A stretch of 64,000 bases of DNA from Ignavibacteriales bacterium (GTDB lineage: Bacteria > Bacteroidota > Ignavibacteria > UBA10030 > UBA6906), in contig JBBIRR010000007.1 in assembly GCA_037441705.1 (NCBI GenBank), positions 24,187 to 88,186 on the forward strand, in the 5' to 3' direction. The stretch's first letter is position 1. Every line of letters starts with the position of its first letter. Of the stretch, positions 1 to 8,465 are shown piece by piece. The translations under genes were made by a program, and so were the position numbers. The notes below the pieces were generated by a model. The model had not been told where the DNA came from, ran no database searches, and saw nothing but the letters and a program-made list of their open reading frames with translations.

Positions 1-904
1 GAACCGTTATCGTCACAAATGCCTTCTCGCTCAGGGCATAATCAATGGTGGTGGATGGGTTGAACGGATTGGGATAGTTCTGCGAGAGCGCGAACGTCGT
101 CGGCATGCCGTTGACCGGATCACCAACTCCCGTCGGGATGTCGGGCACTTCGATGAACTCAACCTGCTGCACTTTCCGGTCGGTATTGTTCTGAACGAAC
201 ACGATCACCCGGCAGTTATTTGCTACCCACCCGGAGTTGAGCGTGATGGTTCGAGGGATGTTGACGGTTTGCCCCTGCGAGATGGAGATGGTCGAACCGT
301 TGGCATCAGGATACATGTACCGCATCGCATGGTCGTGGATGAAAGGTACGTACGTGCTTCCGTTGAACTGCGGTGCACTGATGCCTGATTCGACGACAAC
401 CCAATGCACGCGCCAGTTGCTGGAAGTAACCGCCTGCTCGGCGTAGATTGCAGCATTGAGGTTCAGCGTGTTCCCACCCCGAGTGCCGGTGATCGTAATG
501 GTAATGGGACTCGGATCGAGGAAACGACTTTCGATTGCACCGGGCCAGGTGTTGTACGCACTGGTTCCATCAATGAAACCATCAATGTATGCACGCGGCG
601 CATAGGTCGACCCACCGCCGGAGTAGTAGTTGACCCGTGTTTGCACGTGCGACGTATTGGCAAGGTACATCGGGTCGTTTCCGGGCGAGGGCCACCAGAC
701 GTGGTAGGCTACCGTCGCAATCGACGAAGCCCCGCCGTAATTCGGCAGCCAGTTCTGGAAGTAGAACACATCGGCCGGATAACAAGGGCCACACGTTGTG
801 CTTGTCTGAATCTCCACAAGAATCTTGCGCGGTGCAGCGCTGGAGACTCCATGAAGAGCTACTATCACCGTGGCCAGAAGTAGAAAGCTGAACAGCTTGT
901 TCAT
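1..904 (-). CDS. Omp28-like thioredoxin-fold protein with T9SS C-terminal sorting domain (3' end runs off the window)
   Basis: Not in the ORF track because it is truncated. Read manually: AAGGAGG RBS, ATG at 904, MNKLFSFLLLATVIVALHGVSSA signal peptide, RKILVEIQTSTTCGPC (CxxC), YHVWWPSPGNDPMY, VIVFVQNN, then FALSQNYPNPFNPSTTI. Confidence 0.8.
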   Translation of the reverse strand, partial: MNKLFSFLLLATVIVALHGVSSAAPRKILVEIQTSTTCGPCYPADVFYFQNWLPNYGGASSIATVAYHVWWPSPGNDPMYLANTSHVQTRVNYYSGGGSTYAPRAYIDGFIDGTSAYNTWPGAIESRFLDPSPITITITGTRGGNTLNLNAAIYAEQAVTSSNWRVHWVVVESGISAPQFNGSTYVPFIHDHAMRYMYPDANGSTISISQGQTVNIPRTITLNSGWVANNCRVIVFVQNNTDRKVQQVEFIEVPDIPTGVGDPVNGMPTTFALSQNYPNPFNPSTTIDYALSEKAFVTITV

Positions 905-940
905 TGCGACCTCCTTTGGGTTATGGGCACTGTAAGAAAG

Positions 941-2572
941 CTACAGATAGCTTACAACACTCGCACGAACTCCAAGAAACGGATTGACAATGCGGCACAC
1001 GCCGTTCGTGCAGATTTGTCCCCCGCGATCGCCGCCGACAGTCAGGGTGATCGTGTGATTGCCACTAAGCCGATACGACGCATCAAGCGCCGTCCAATCT
1101 TTCCTCTCGTCTATCGTGCCACGATCTGACGTAAACTCGTAGCGAAGCGTCACCGAGAAGGACGGTGATTTCGTAACGCTGAAGGAGAGAAAATGATTGT
1201 AAAATTTCTTCTGCGCCTTGTTTCCGTCGTCGTACACCCATTGGCGCTCGGAGACAAACTTTACCGACCAATCCTCCGAGATGCTGTACTGTACGGCGAT
1301 CGGTACGGCGGAAAGCCGTCGCGACTCGATGTAGCCCTGAGGATTGGAGGGCGTTCTCAGCTCGTCGACAATGTCTTCCGATCTCCTGTTCAGTGCTACC
1401 AGCACATAGTCGGTTCCTCCTGGTTCGAGGTAGTACTGGAACTCCGCGTACATCTCCCAGAACGGCGAGTACTTCCGGTCGAAACTCGGCAGCCACGAAG
1501 TGGTTCTCGGCTTCGAACCGTACACGGGTAGAAACAGAATCGTATCCCCCGTCGGTGCAAAACTGTAATGTCTGCTTGCAGCCGCAAAATTCACATTGCC
1601 CGTCAACTGTTCGAAGAGCGTGTAGAACACATCCACCTGAAATCCTACTTCATCGTTGAAATCAATGATATGCGGATAGCGGGAGAGCAGCGTGAACGTA
1701 TGTTCTTTATGAACGATCGGAGCGTTTTGGAATGCAAGCGCCTTGGTGGCTCGGTTGCGATTGTTTCGCCCGTACGGGTCTGCGATGCCGAAGCGATAAT
1801 CCTTATACTCCACGGACACGCCGAAGGATTCCGCCGTATATGAGACGGAGCCGTAGAATCCCGTGCCTCGATGCGTTGCGGCCGTATCGTTGTACACCTT
1901 CGTGCGCTTCTCGGCGTAAGCAATCGAGACATCGAACCCGGCGACGCTTGCCTTTGCGAAGTATTCCGGCATGTTGAATTGTGCGTGCATGTCGGGAAAT
2001 GTCGGCGGCGGAAACTTGGATTTCCCGGAGACAAATGTAAACCCCAGCGTTAGCTCGGCAAGGGCCTTCACTTCAAGGGAACCTGCGCGAAGGCGATACT
2101 CTTCCGTTCGATTGAGATCGAGAATATCATGGTAGAGAATGTCGCCCGCGGTGATGCCGAGTTTCAGTCTGTCCGTCGTGTATTCCATCTTGACACCATC
2201 GAGACCGGTATCGAATCCTAATGGTCGGCTCTCGAACAGATTCAGCGCGAGGCCACGGCCGTAGAGTGTGTATAAATCCCCTGCCCGAATGTACAGATCA
2301 TCTTTTCTGAACTCGAGATATCGCTTCCGCAAGCCTGTGAATTCCACGCCGAACTCCGGTGGCCCATCATGCAGCAGGCGGAAGCCCACCAGAAAGTCGG
2401 AGAATGCGATGCGGGCATCGGTCAGGTTTTCAAAATAGTCCCGACGCTGAGAAAAAGTCGCCACTCGCTCATTTCCTGTTCCATAGCGGAGATAATTGCT
2501 GAGCGAGTACTGAACGTTGTTTTGTGCCAGAAGGGAAGTCGGAAGTACGAGAAGCAGTAACCAAATGCGCAA
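941..2572 (-). CDS. DUF6029-like outer-membrane beta-barrel protein
   Basis: Signal peptide, amphipathic beta-strands, YGRGLALNLFE..LGFDTGLDG motif, C-terminal GGQICTNGVCR..PFLG; lies between TlpA and Omp28-like genes. Confidence 0.7.
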   Translation of the reverse strand: MRIWLLLLVLPTSLLAQNNVQYSLSNYLRYGTGNERVATFSQRRDYFENLTDARIAFSDFLVGFRLLHDGPPEFGVEFTGLRKRYLEFRKDDLYIRAGDLYTLYGRGLALNLFESRPLGFDTGLDGVKMEYTTDRLKLGITAGDILYHDILDLNRTEEYRLRAGSLEVKALAELTLGFTFVSGKSKFPPPTFPDMHAQFNMPEYFAKASVAGFDVSIAYAEKRTKVYNDTAATHRGTGFYGSVSYTAESFGVSVEYKDYRFGIADPYGRNNRNRATKALAFQNAPIVHKEHTFTLLSRYPHIIDFNDEVGFQVDVFYTLFEQLTGNVNFAAASRHYSFAPTGDTILFLPVYGSKPRTTSWLPSFDRKYSPFWEMYAEFQYYLEPGGTDYVLVALNRRSEDIVDELRTPSNPQGYIESRRLSAVPIAVQYSISEDWSVKFVSERQWVYDDGNKAQKKFYNHFLSFSVTKSPSFSVTLRYEFTSDRGTIDERKDWTALDASYRLSGNHTITLTVGGDRGGQICTNGVCRIVNPFLGVRASVVSYL

Positions 2573-2583
2573 TAGTGACTCCC

Positions 2584-3102
2584 CTATTCGTTCGGAATTA
2601 GTTTGAGAATCTCCTCGCCAATTTCCTTTTCGTCGCCCGGCAGGTACCCTGTGCGTGTCGAAACAACCCTGCCGTTGTTGTCAATCAGCACCGAGAACGG
2701 GAGATTCTGTCCGTTGAATGCTTGAAACACCTGCATGTTTGGATCGAGAATAACAGGAAAGGGATAGCTTTGAGATTTTACGTACGCTTTGACTTTCGCT
2801 AAGCTTTTGGGACTGTCCTGATTGACGGCGAGAATGGTAAAGGGCTTGCCCTCATGCTCTTTGACGAATGACTTCAGCGAGCGAAGCTCCAACTTGCACG
2901 GCTCGCACCACAGCGCCCAGAAGGTGACGTAGACGGGACCCTTGCGCACATACTCGCCGAGTTTTGTGCTGGTACCGTCCAGACGTTCGAGCGTCAGATT
3001 GCCAATGGAACTTCCTTGTGCAGGTGCGGAGGCGTGTGCACTGAGGAACAGGGCACACACAAGGATCGCACGGGATGCTGTGTGTACGACAGGGCTTTGC
3101 AT
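2584..3102 (-). CDS. TlpA-family thiol-disulfide reductase (exported)
   Basis: FWALWCEPC motif, LAVNQD, YPFPVILDP, cis-Pro LPFSVLID; N-terminal signal. Start could be 3102 or 3153. Confidence 0.85.
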   Translation of the reverse strand: MQSPVVHTASRAILVCALFLSAHASAPAQGSSIGNLTLERLDGTSTKLGEYVRKGPVYVTFWALWCEPCKLELRSLKSFVKEHEGKPFTILAVNQDSPKSLAKVKAYVKSQSYPFPVILDPNMQVFQAFNGQNLPFSVLIDNNGRVVSTRTGYLPGDEKEIGEEILKLIPNE

Positions 3103-3173
3103 GTGATGGGGATTGTTAGTGGACCGGGATCGCCGCTCACGAAATTCCTTCATCCCTGCGTGATCGCACTGCC

Positions 3174-3202
3174 AATATACACAAGGCGTCGGGGAATGTC
3201 AA
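3174..3202 (-). promoter_or_regulatory. sigma70-type promoter for the tlpA-DUF6029-omp28 unit
   Basis: Minus strand TTGACA-17 nt-TATATT. Confidence 0.7.
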
Positions 3203-3216
3203 CATAACGCGCGCGT

Positions 3217-4920
3217 TCAGCGGAGTAATAGCATCTTGCGCGTTTCCGCAAACCTGTTTGCCACTGCAGTGTAGAAATATACACCACTCGGAAGCGCTTC
3301 GCCCCGCTCGTTCGTTCCATCCCAAACGAATTCGTGCACGCCGGCAGGGAGTCCCCCCGAAACAAGCACGCGCACGGGCTTGCCGAGGATATCGTAGATG
3401 GTGAGTGAAGCCCAGGAGTCGTAAGGAACTGCAAACGTAATCTTCGTACCCGGATTGAACGGGTTGGGGAAATTTTGGCTGAGAGCGAAGTCGCTCGGCA
3501 CATTGCCGCCCGGCCCGCCGGAGCCGCGGACAACAACCCGAACAGTATATGATTGCGAGCCGACACTGTTTGCCAATGTGAGAGTGAACGAGGTCGTCTG
3601 CCGAACGGTGACGACGCGTGTCCCGCTGGGCGGAACAGCGCCAATGCCCTGATCAATGGATGCCGTCGTGGCATTGACCGACGTCCACGAGAGCGTCACC
3701 TCGCCTCCTTCTGCCGGCAGCGTATCAGGAGACGCGGTGAACGTGCCCAACGGCGCGGCAGGCCCCAACGCGCGGCGCACGGCGCGCAGCAGCGGATGGC
3801 GCTGACCTTGTGGCTGGAGCGGGTCATATCCGCTGTTCATATCGAAAATCATCACCCCGCCGTAGCTTGTTGCCTTTACGTAATTGACTTTGAACGTCAA
3901 CGAGACGGAGTCATCGTAATTGATAAACTTCCTCGGATTGGTTGTGGTAACGGAGAGGAACGGCTGATGCGCGAGCGTGTCGTAGCGCCGCGTCCCAATT
4001 CCCGGCAGCAAGTAGTCGTTGACAATCTGGTAGTGGCGCATGTAGCTGAAATTGCTGCCCTGCTGTCCCGGCTGCGTGCAATTATCGTAGCTGTATCCGT
4101 AGAAGGCAAGCCCGATGCCGATGAGTTCTGGACGCAAGCCGTGCTGAACCCACGTGGGGGCTTTGTCGTGGATGTTCAGCGCGCCGGATTCGGGCGGATA
4201 GTTGGGCCAGTTCGGCGAGGGATTGTACAAAGGCGCGTGAAACCCCGTTGCCGTACTCCACCAGCCGTTGCAGTCGTAGCTCATCAGGTTGAACTGATCC
4301 ACCGTTGCGTTGATCGTGGGAACATCGAACGCCGGGTCGTACTCACGCGGTGCGGCAATGCACAGTGTCCCTCTCGGATTCCATGCATCCAGCCCTCGCC
4401 GCAGGATGCGAAGAAGCATCGCGAACTGATTTCGTTCCTGGAGCTGCGGCGTTTCCCAATCAACATCAACACCGTCATAGCCTTTGCGGCGGGCATAGGC
4501 CAGCATACTATCCACAGCAACCTGACAGCGTGCAGAATCCTGCGTCAACCATTGCCAGGCAGCAACGCCCGGTCCACCGACACCTCCGAGGCACAGAATG
4601 GCTTTCACGCCATGAGCATGAGCCGAGTCAATTAAGCGTCGCTGATACCCATACGGCGGATTGCATCCCCCCCAACACCCTTCTTCAAAAATATCCTGGC
4701 CATGGGGAAACACATACCACGGCGGTTGTGTGTGCGGGTCAATGTTGAAGTGGACAATGTGCGTGAGGCCGCCCCACTCGATCTCTTCGACACGCATGCG
4801 TTGCGAGTCCCAATCGGTCACGTAAGCTACCACCCAGCGAAGCGGCGCGGCATCGGCAGCAGGAAGGAGATGTAATGACAGCAAGGAAAAACCAAGACCG
4901 AGGATCACCCTCTGTAACAT
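3217..4920 (-). CDS. GH18 chitinase-like glycoside hydrolase with Ig-like domain and T9SS/FlgD-like C-terminal domain
   Basis: DGVDVDWE catalytic DxxDxDxE motif, LMSYD, YDDSVS..KVNYVK...GGVMIF, then SQNFPNPFNP. Confidence 0.88.
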   Translation of the reverse strand: MLQRVILGLGFSLLSLHLLPAADAAPLRWVVAYVTDWDSQRMRVEEIEWGGLTHIVHFNIDPHTQPPWYVFPHGQDIFEEGCWGGCNPPYGYQRRLIDSAHAHGVKAILCLGGVGGPGVAAWQWLTQDSARCQVAVDSMLAYARRKGYDGVDVDWETPQLQERNQFAMLLRILRRGLDAWNPRGTLCIAAPREYDPAFDVPTINATVDQFNLMSYDCNGWWSTATGFHAPLYNPSPNWPNYPPESGALNIHDKAPTWVQHGLRPELIGIGLAFYGYSYDNCTQPGQQGSNFSYMRHYQIVNDYLLPGIGTRRYDTLAHQPFLSVTTTNPRKFINYDDSVSLTFKVNYVKATSYGGVMIFDMNSGYDPLQPQGQRHPLLRAVRRALGPAAPLGTFTASPDTLPAEGGEVTLSWTSVNATTASIDQGIGAVPPSGTRVVTVRQTTSFTLTLANSVGSQSYTVRVVVRGSGGPGGNVPSDFALSQNFPNPFNPGTKITFAVPYDSWASLTIYDILGKPVRVLVSGGLPAGVHEFVWDGTNERGEALPSGVYFYTAVANRFAETRKMLLLR

Positions 4921-4975
4921 GATTTCACCCCCCAATGTAGTCAAGTCATCAAACGAGGGCACAACCGGCAGAAGC

Positions 4976-5003
4976 AATATAGCAAGCAGCAGGCTAAAAT
5001 CAA
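4976..5003 (-). promoter_or_regulatory. Putative sigma70 promoter of the GH18 gene
   Basis: TTGATT-16 nt-TATATT on the minus strand. Confidence 0.45.
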
Positions 5004-5027
5004 AGCAGAAGTTCTCTCATCACCCGC

Positions 5028-5987
5028 TCAGACTTCGTCGAGCATCACCCACCGCCTTAGCTTGCCCGCCTCCTTGAGTCGGTGGCGCTCCCAGTATGCC
5101 TGCCCCGCAATCCCCCCTACGATAAAAACAATACTGGAGTAGTAAACCCAGATCATCAGCACGAGAATGAATGCATACGGACCGTAGATTCTGTCAATCG
5201 AAGAGAAGCGCGAGAGATACCAGGCAAACAGCTTGCCCGACACCACCCATAGGCCTGTCGTCGTGATCGTCGAGATGATCCCGGCCAGACGAGGCGGTTT
5301 GGTGTCCGGGATGTACCGATACACGATATAGAACATCACCGCCGTGAGCAGAACGACGAGAACCGTCGGGATGGACCTTCCCACGGCAAAAATTCTCGCG
5401 TCAGCCAGTTGGGGGACGTCCGACGTGAGGCGCTCTGCTAACGCAAACACCCACAAGAAAAGGTTCGAGAAGATGAAGAGACCGAACACCAGAAAAACAA
5501 ACACCACATCATGCAGGATGGTTATGAAGAGATTGCGCGTGCGTTGGAGATGGTAGATACGATGCAGCACACTCCGCAGCGCATCGAACAGCGACGTCGC
5601 CGTCCAGATCAGAATCAAGGCACCGAAGAGTCCGATGGAACGCCTGTACGCGATGATGTCGGAGATCATCCTCAGGATGGATTCTTTGATACTTGTGGCA
5701 AAGGGCTGGGGCGGGAACAGGGCGTTGAGAATGTCATTGAGCTGGCCGATCGCTGCGCTCGACGAATTGAGAATCATGCCGAGAGCTGAGGCCGCAAGAA
5801 GCAGCAGCGGGATCATCGTGAGGATGCCGTTGAACGCCAATCCCGATGCAAGAAACAGAATGTCCTCCTCCACCATCTTCTTGCTGATGCGGCGCGTGTA
5901 GAACCACACCGTCTCAAGATAGCGAAGAAAGAATTTGACCACCTTTATGACGGACTCAACCATGATGATATCGGGATTGGCTGCCAC
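5028..5987 (-). CDS. YihY/virulence factor BrkB family membrane protein
   Basis: LASGLAF..ILTMIPLL, multiple TM segments, IYGPYAFILVLMIWVYYSS; start uncertain. Confidence 0.85.
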   Translation of the reverse strand: MAANPDIIMVESVIKVVKFFLRYLETVWFYTRRISKKMVEEDILFLASGLAFNGILTMIPLLLLAASALGMILNSSSAAIGQLNDILNALFPPQPFATSIKESILRMISDIIAYRRSIGLFGALILIWTATSLFDALRSVLHRIYHLQRTRNLFITILHDVVFVFLVFGLFIFSNLFLWVFALAERLTSDVPQLADARIFAVGRSIPTVLVVLLTAVMFYIVYRYIPDTKPPRLAGIISTITTTGLWVVSGKLFAWYLSRFSSIDRIYGPYAFILVLMIWVYYSSIVFIVGGIAGQAYWERHRLKEAGKLRRWVMLDEV

Positions 5988-6109
5988 GAATCTCCGCGCA
6001 CGAACGGCTGCTGCCGAGGGAAAAACTGCATCGAAGAGTCTCTGGTGAAGTGTGATTCAAGCTGATGCTCGAGCAGATTCTACGCCACCCGCATCATCGG
6101 GTTGTGCCC

Positions 6110-8338
6110 TCACCCCATGCGCAGGTTCGCGAACTTCAGCATCAGGTTTTTTCGGCCGACCGTTTCGAAGTCCACAACGGCGCGGGCATTCTCGCCCTTC
6201 CCATCAACGGCAATCACCCGACCCGTGCCGAAGGTATCATGGATGACCCGCGATCCCACGCGGTAGGTAACCGGTGCCTGCGATTCATTCTCGTAGTCCG
6301 GCAGGGAGTCGCTGAAGTAGTGTTCTTCGTTCTTGCGCATGCGCGAAGCGGCGCGAGGCTTCGGCGCCGCGGGTGACCCGGCCGTCATGCCGCGTACAGC
6401 CGCAAGGCGCGTGTTGCCTTCGATCACGAGCAGAGACTCATCCACCTCATCAAGGAAGCGAGACCTCACCGAGTAGCCAAACTCGCCAAACCGATACCGC
6501 GTCAGGGCATAAAGCAGGTACAGCTTCTTCATTGCCCGCGTCACGCCAACATAAAACAGGCGGCGTTCCTCCTCCAATTCCTTCGGCTCCAACAGCGCAT
6601 TCGACAGCGGGAAAAGCCCTTCCTCCAGCCCTGCGATGAAGACGACGGGAAACTCCAGTCCTTTTGCCGCATGCAGCGTCATCAGCGTGACAGCATTTCT
6701 GCCAAACTCTGCCTCGTCCACATCCGAGACCAGCGAGACTTCCTCGAGAAAGCCATCCAGACCCGCCTCCGGGTTCAAGTCACTGAACTCCGTCAGCGCA
6801 GAAAGAAGTTCCATCACATTCTCGCGTCGCGCAAGCGATTCGACGGTGTTCTCTTCTTTGAAGATTTTCAGCATGCCGATCTCATCCACGAGCGTGCGCG
6901 CCAGCTCGCCGACGCTCAGTTCATCTTTCAGTCTGATGTATTTCTGCATCATCGCGCCGAACTCACGGATGGGTTTCCAGGCCCGTTCCGGCAGAACGTC
7001 CTGCACGCGCGCATCCGTCAAGGCATCGAAAAGCGTAAGAGCATGCGACTTTGCAAACGCCCGCAGCCGTTCTACCGTCATCTCACCGATGCCACGCGTC
7101 GGGTAGTTGATGACGCGCAGAATGCTTTCTTCGTCCTTCGGGTTGGCCACGATGCGAAGATAGGCGAGGACGTCCTTGATCTCTTTCCGCTTGTAGAACG
7201 CAACACCACCGACGATGATGTAGGGAATGCCGTGGCGTCGGAGCGCATCCTCGATCGAGCGCGACTGCGCATTCGTCCGATACAGCACGGCGAAATCCTT
7301 CAGATCGAGTTTATGTCGGTGCGACATCTCCTCAATCTTCGAGACGATCTTGTAGCCTTCTTCTCGATCATCCTCGCAGATCACGAGCGTCACCGGCTCG
7401 CCCGTCGGATTGTCGGTCCACAGCGTCTTCGGAATCTGATGCTTGTTGTTCTTGATGACGGAATCTGCAGCCGCAAGGATGGTTTTGGTGGAACGATAGT
7501 TTTGTTCGAGGCGAAACACCTTCGCTTCGGGGTAATCTTTCTCAAAATCCAGGATGTTACGGATGTCGGCGCCGCGAAACGCGTAAATGCTCTGTGCATC
7601 ATCTCCCACAACACAAATGTTGCGCGTGAGGCTTGCCAGTTCTTTGATAAGTTTGTACTGAACACGATTGGTGTCCTGATACTCATCCACCAGAATGTAA
7701 CGGAAGCGCCACTGATAGCGCTCGAGCACATCCTTATGTTTTTGAAACAGCTCCAGGGGCTTGAGCAGCAGGTCGTCGAAATCCATCGCATTGTTTGCCT
7801 TCAGACGCTTCTCGTATTCCTCATACACCAGTGCCGCCTTTTCCAGAAACGGGTCATTGGCCGCAGCGTGAAACGCCTTGGGCGATACCATCTGATTCTT
7901 CGCTGCGCTGATGCGCGAACGAATACCGGCAGGAGGATACTGCTGCTGAGAGATGTTGAGGGATTTCATGATGCTCTTCACCATCGCCTGCGAGTCTTCG
8001 GTGTCATAAATGGTGAAGTGGCGTTCGTAGCCGAGACGTTCGCACTCCATGCGGAGGATGCGAGCGAATATCGAGTGGAAGGTCCCCATCCAGATTGCCC
8101 GACTCTCATGCCCGACGAGCCGGATGATGCGTTCCTTCATCTCCTGTGCGGCTTTGTTCGTGAATGTGAGCGCAAGAATGGAAGCAGGATTCTTCCCCTG
8201 CGAGATGAGGTACGCCGTCCGATACGTCAGGACGCGGGTCTTTCCGCTGCCCGCGCCCGCGACAATCATCACGGGCCCGTCAATCGTTGTTACCGCTTCG
8301 CGCTGAACCGGATTGAGCTGATCGAGAAATGAGGACAT
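6110..8338 (-). CDS. pcrA: ATP-dependent DNA helicase PcrA/UvrD
   Basis: AGAGSGKT, DEYQDTN, VGDDAQSIY, LEQNYRS, TLHAAKGLEF, EEERRLFYVGVTRA, C-terminal Tudor-like domain. Confidence 0.95.
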   Translation of the reverse strand: MSSFLDQLNPVQREAVTTIDGPVMIVAGAGSGKTRVLTYRTAYLISQGKNPASILALTFTNKAAQEMKERIIRLVGHESRAIWMGTFHSIFARILRMECERLGYERHFTIYDTEDSQAMVKSIMKSLNISQQQYPPAGIRSRISAAKNQMVSPKAFHAAANDPFLEKAALVYEEYEKRLKANNAMDFDDLLLKPLELFQKHKDVLERYQWRFRYILVDEYQDTNRVQYKLIKELASLTRNICVVGDDAQSIYAFRGADIRNILDFEKDYPEAKVFRLEQNYRSTKTILAAADSVIKNNKHQIPKTLWTDNPTGEPVTLVICEDDREEGYKIVSKIEEMSHRHKLDLKDFAVLYRTNAQSRSIEDALRRHGIPYIIVGGVAFYKRKEIKDVLAYLRIVANPKDEESILRVINYPTRGIGEMTVERLRAFAKSHALTLFDALTDARVQDVLPERAWKPIREFGAMMQKYIRLKDELSVGELARTLVDEIGMLKIFKEENTVESLARRENVMELLSALTEFSDLNPEAGLDGFLEEVSLVSDVDEAEFGRNAVTLMTLHAAKGLEFPVVFIAGLEEGLFPLSNALLEPKELEEERRLFYVGVTRAMKKLYLLYALTRYRFGEFGYSVRSRFLDEVDESLLVIEGNTRLAAVRGMTAGSPAAPKPRAASRMRKNEEHYFSDSLPDYENESQAPVTYRVGSRVIHDTFGTGRVIAVDGKGENARAVVDFETVGRKNLMLKFANLRMG

Positions 8339-8465
8339 CGTTGGATGAAATGAAACTTCCTTTTGCACCCGCCATAATAATCAAAAGGAAGCGGCGAATC
8401 AATGAACGCACCTGTTCCTGCTCGCGCAGAAAAAAATTTTTCTTGACAAAAAACTTCGAACAACC

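Noticed and set aside
6671-8332. Long plus-strand ORFs antisense to genes (553 aa here; also 3553-4635, 15164-16648, 47661-48872, 50878-52176, 52269-53888)
   Set aside because: They overlap well-conserved minus-strand genes, have no recognisable motifs, and are the expected shadow ORFs in GC-rich DNA
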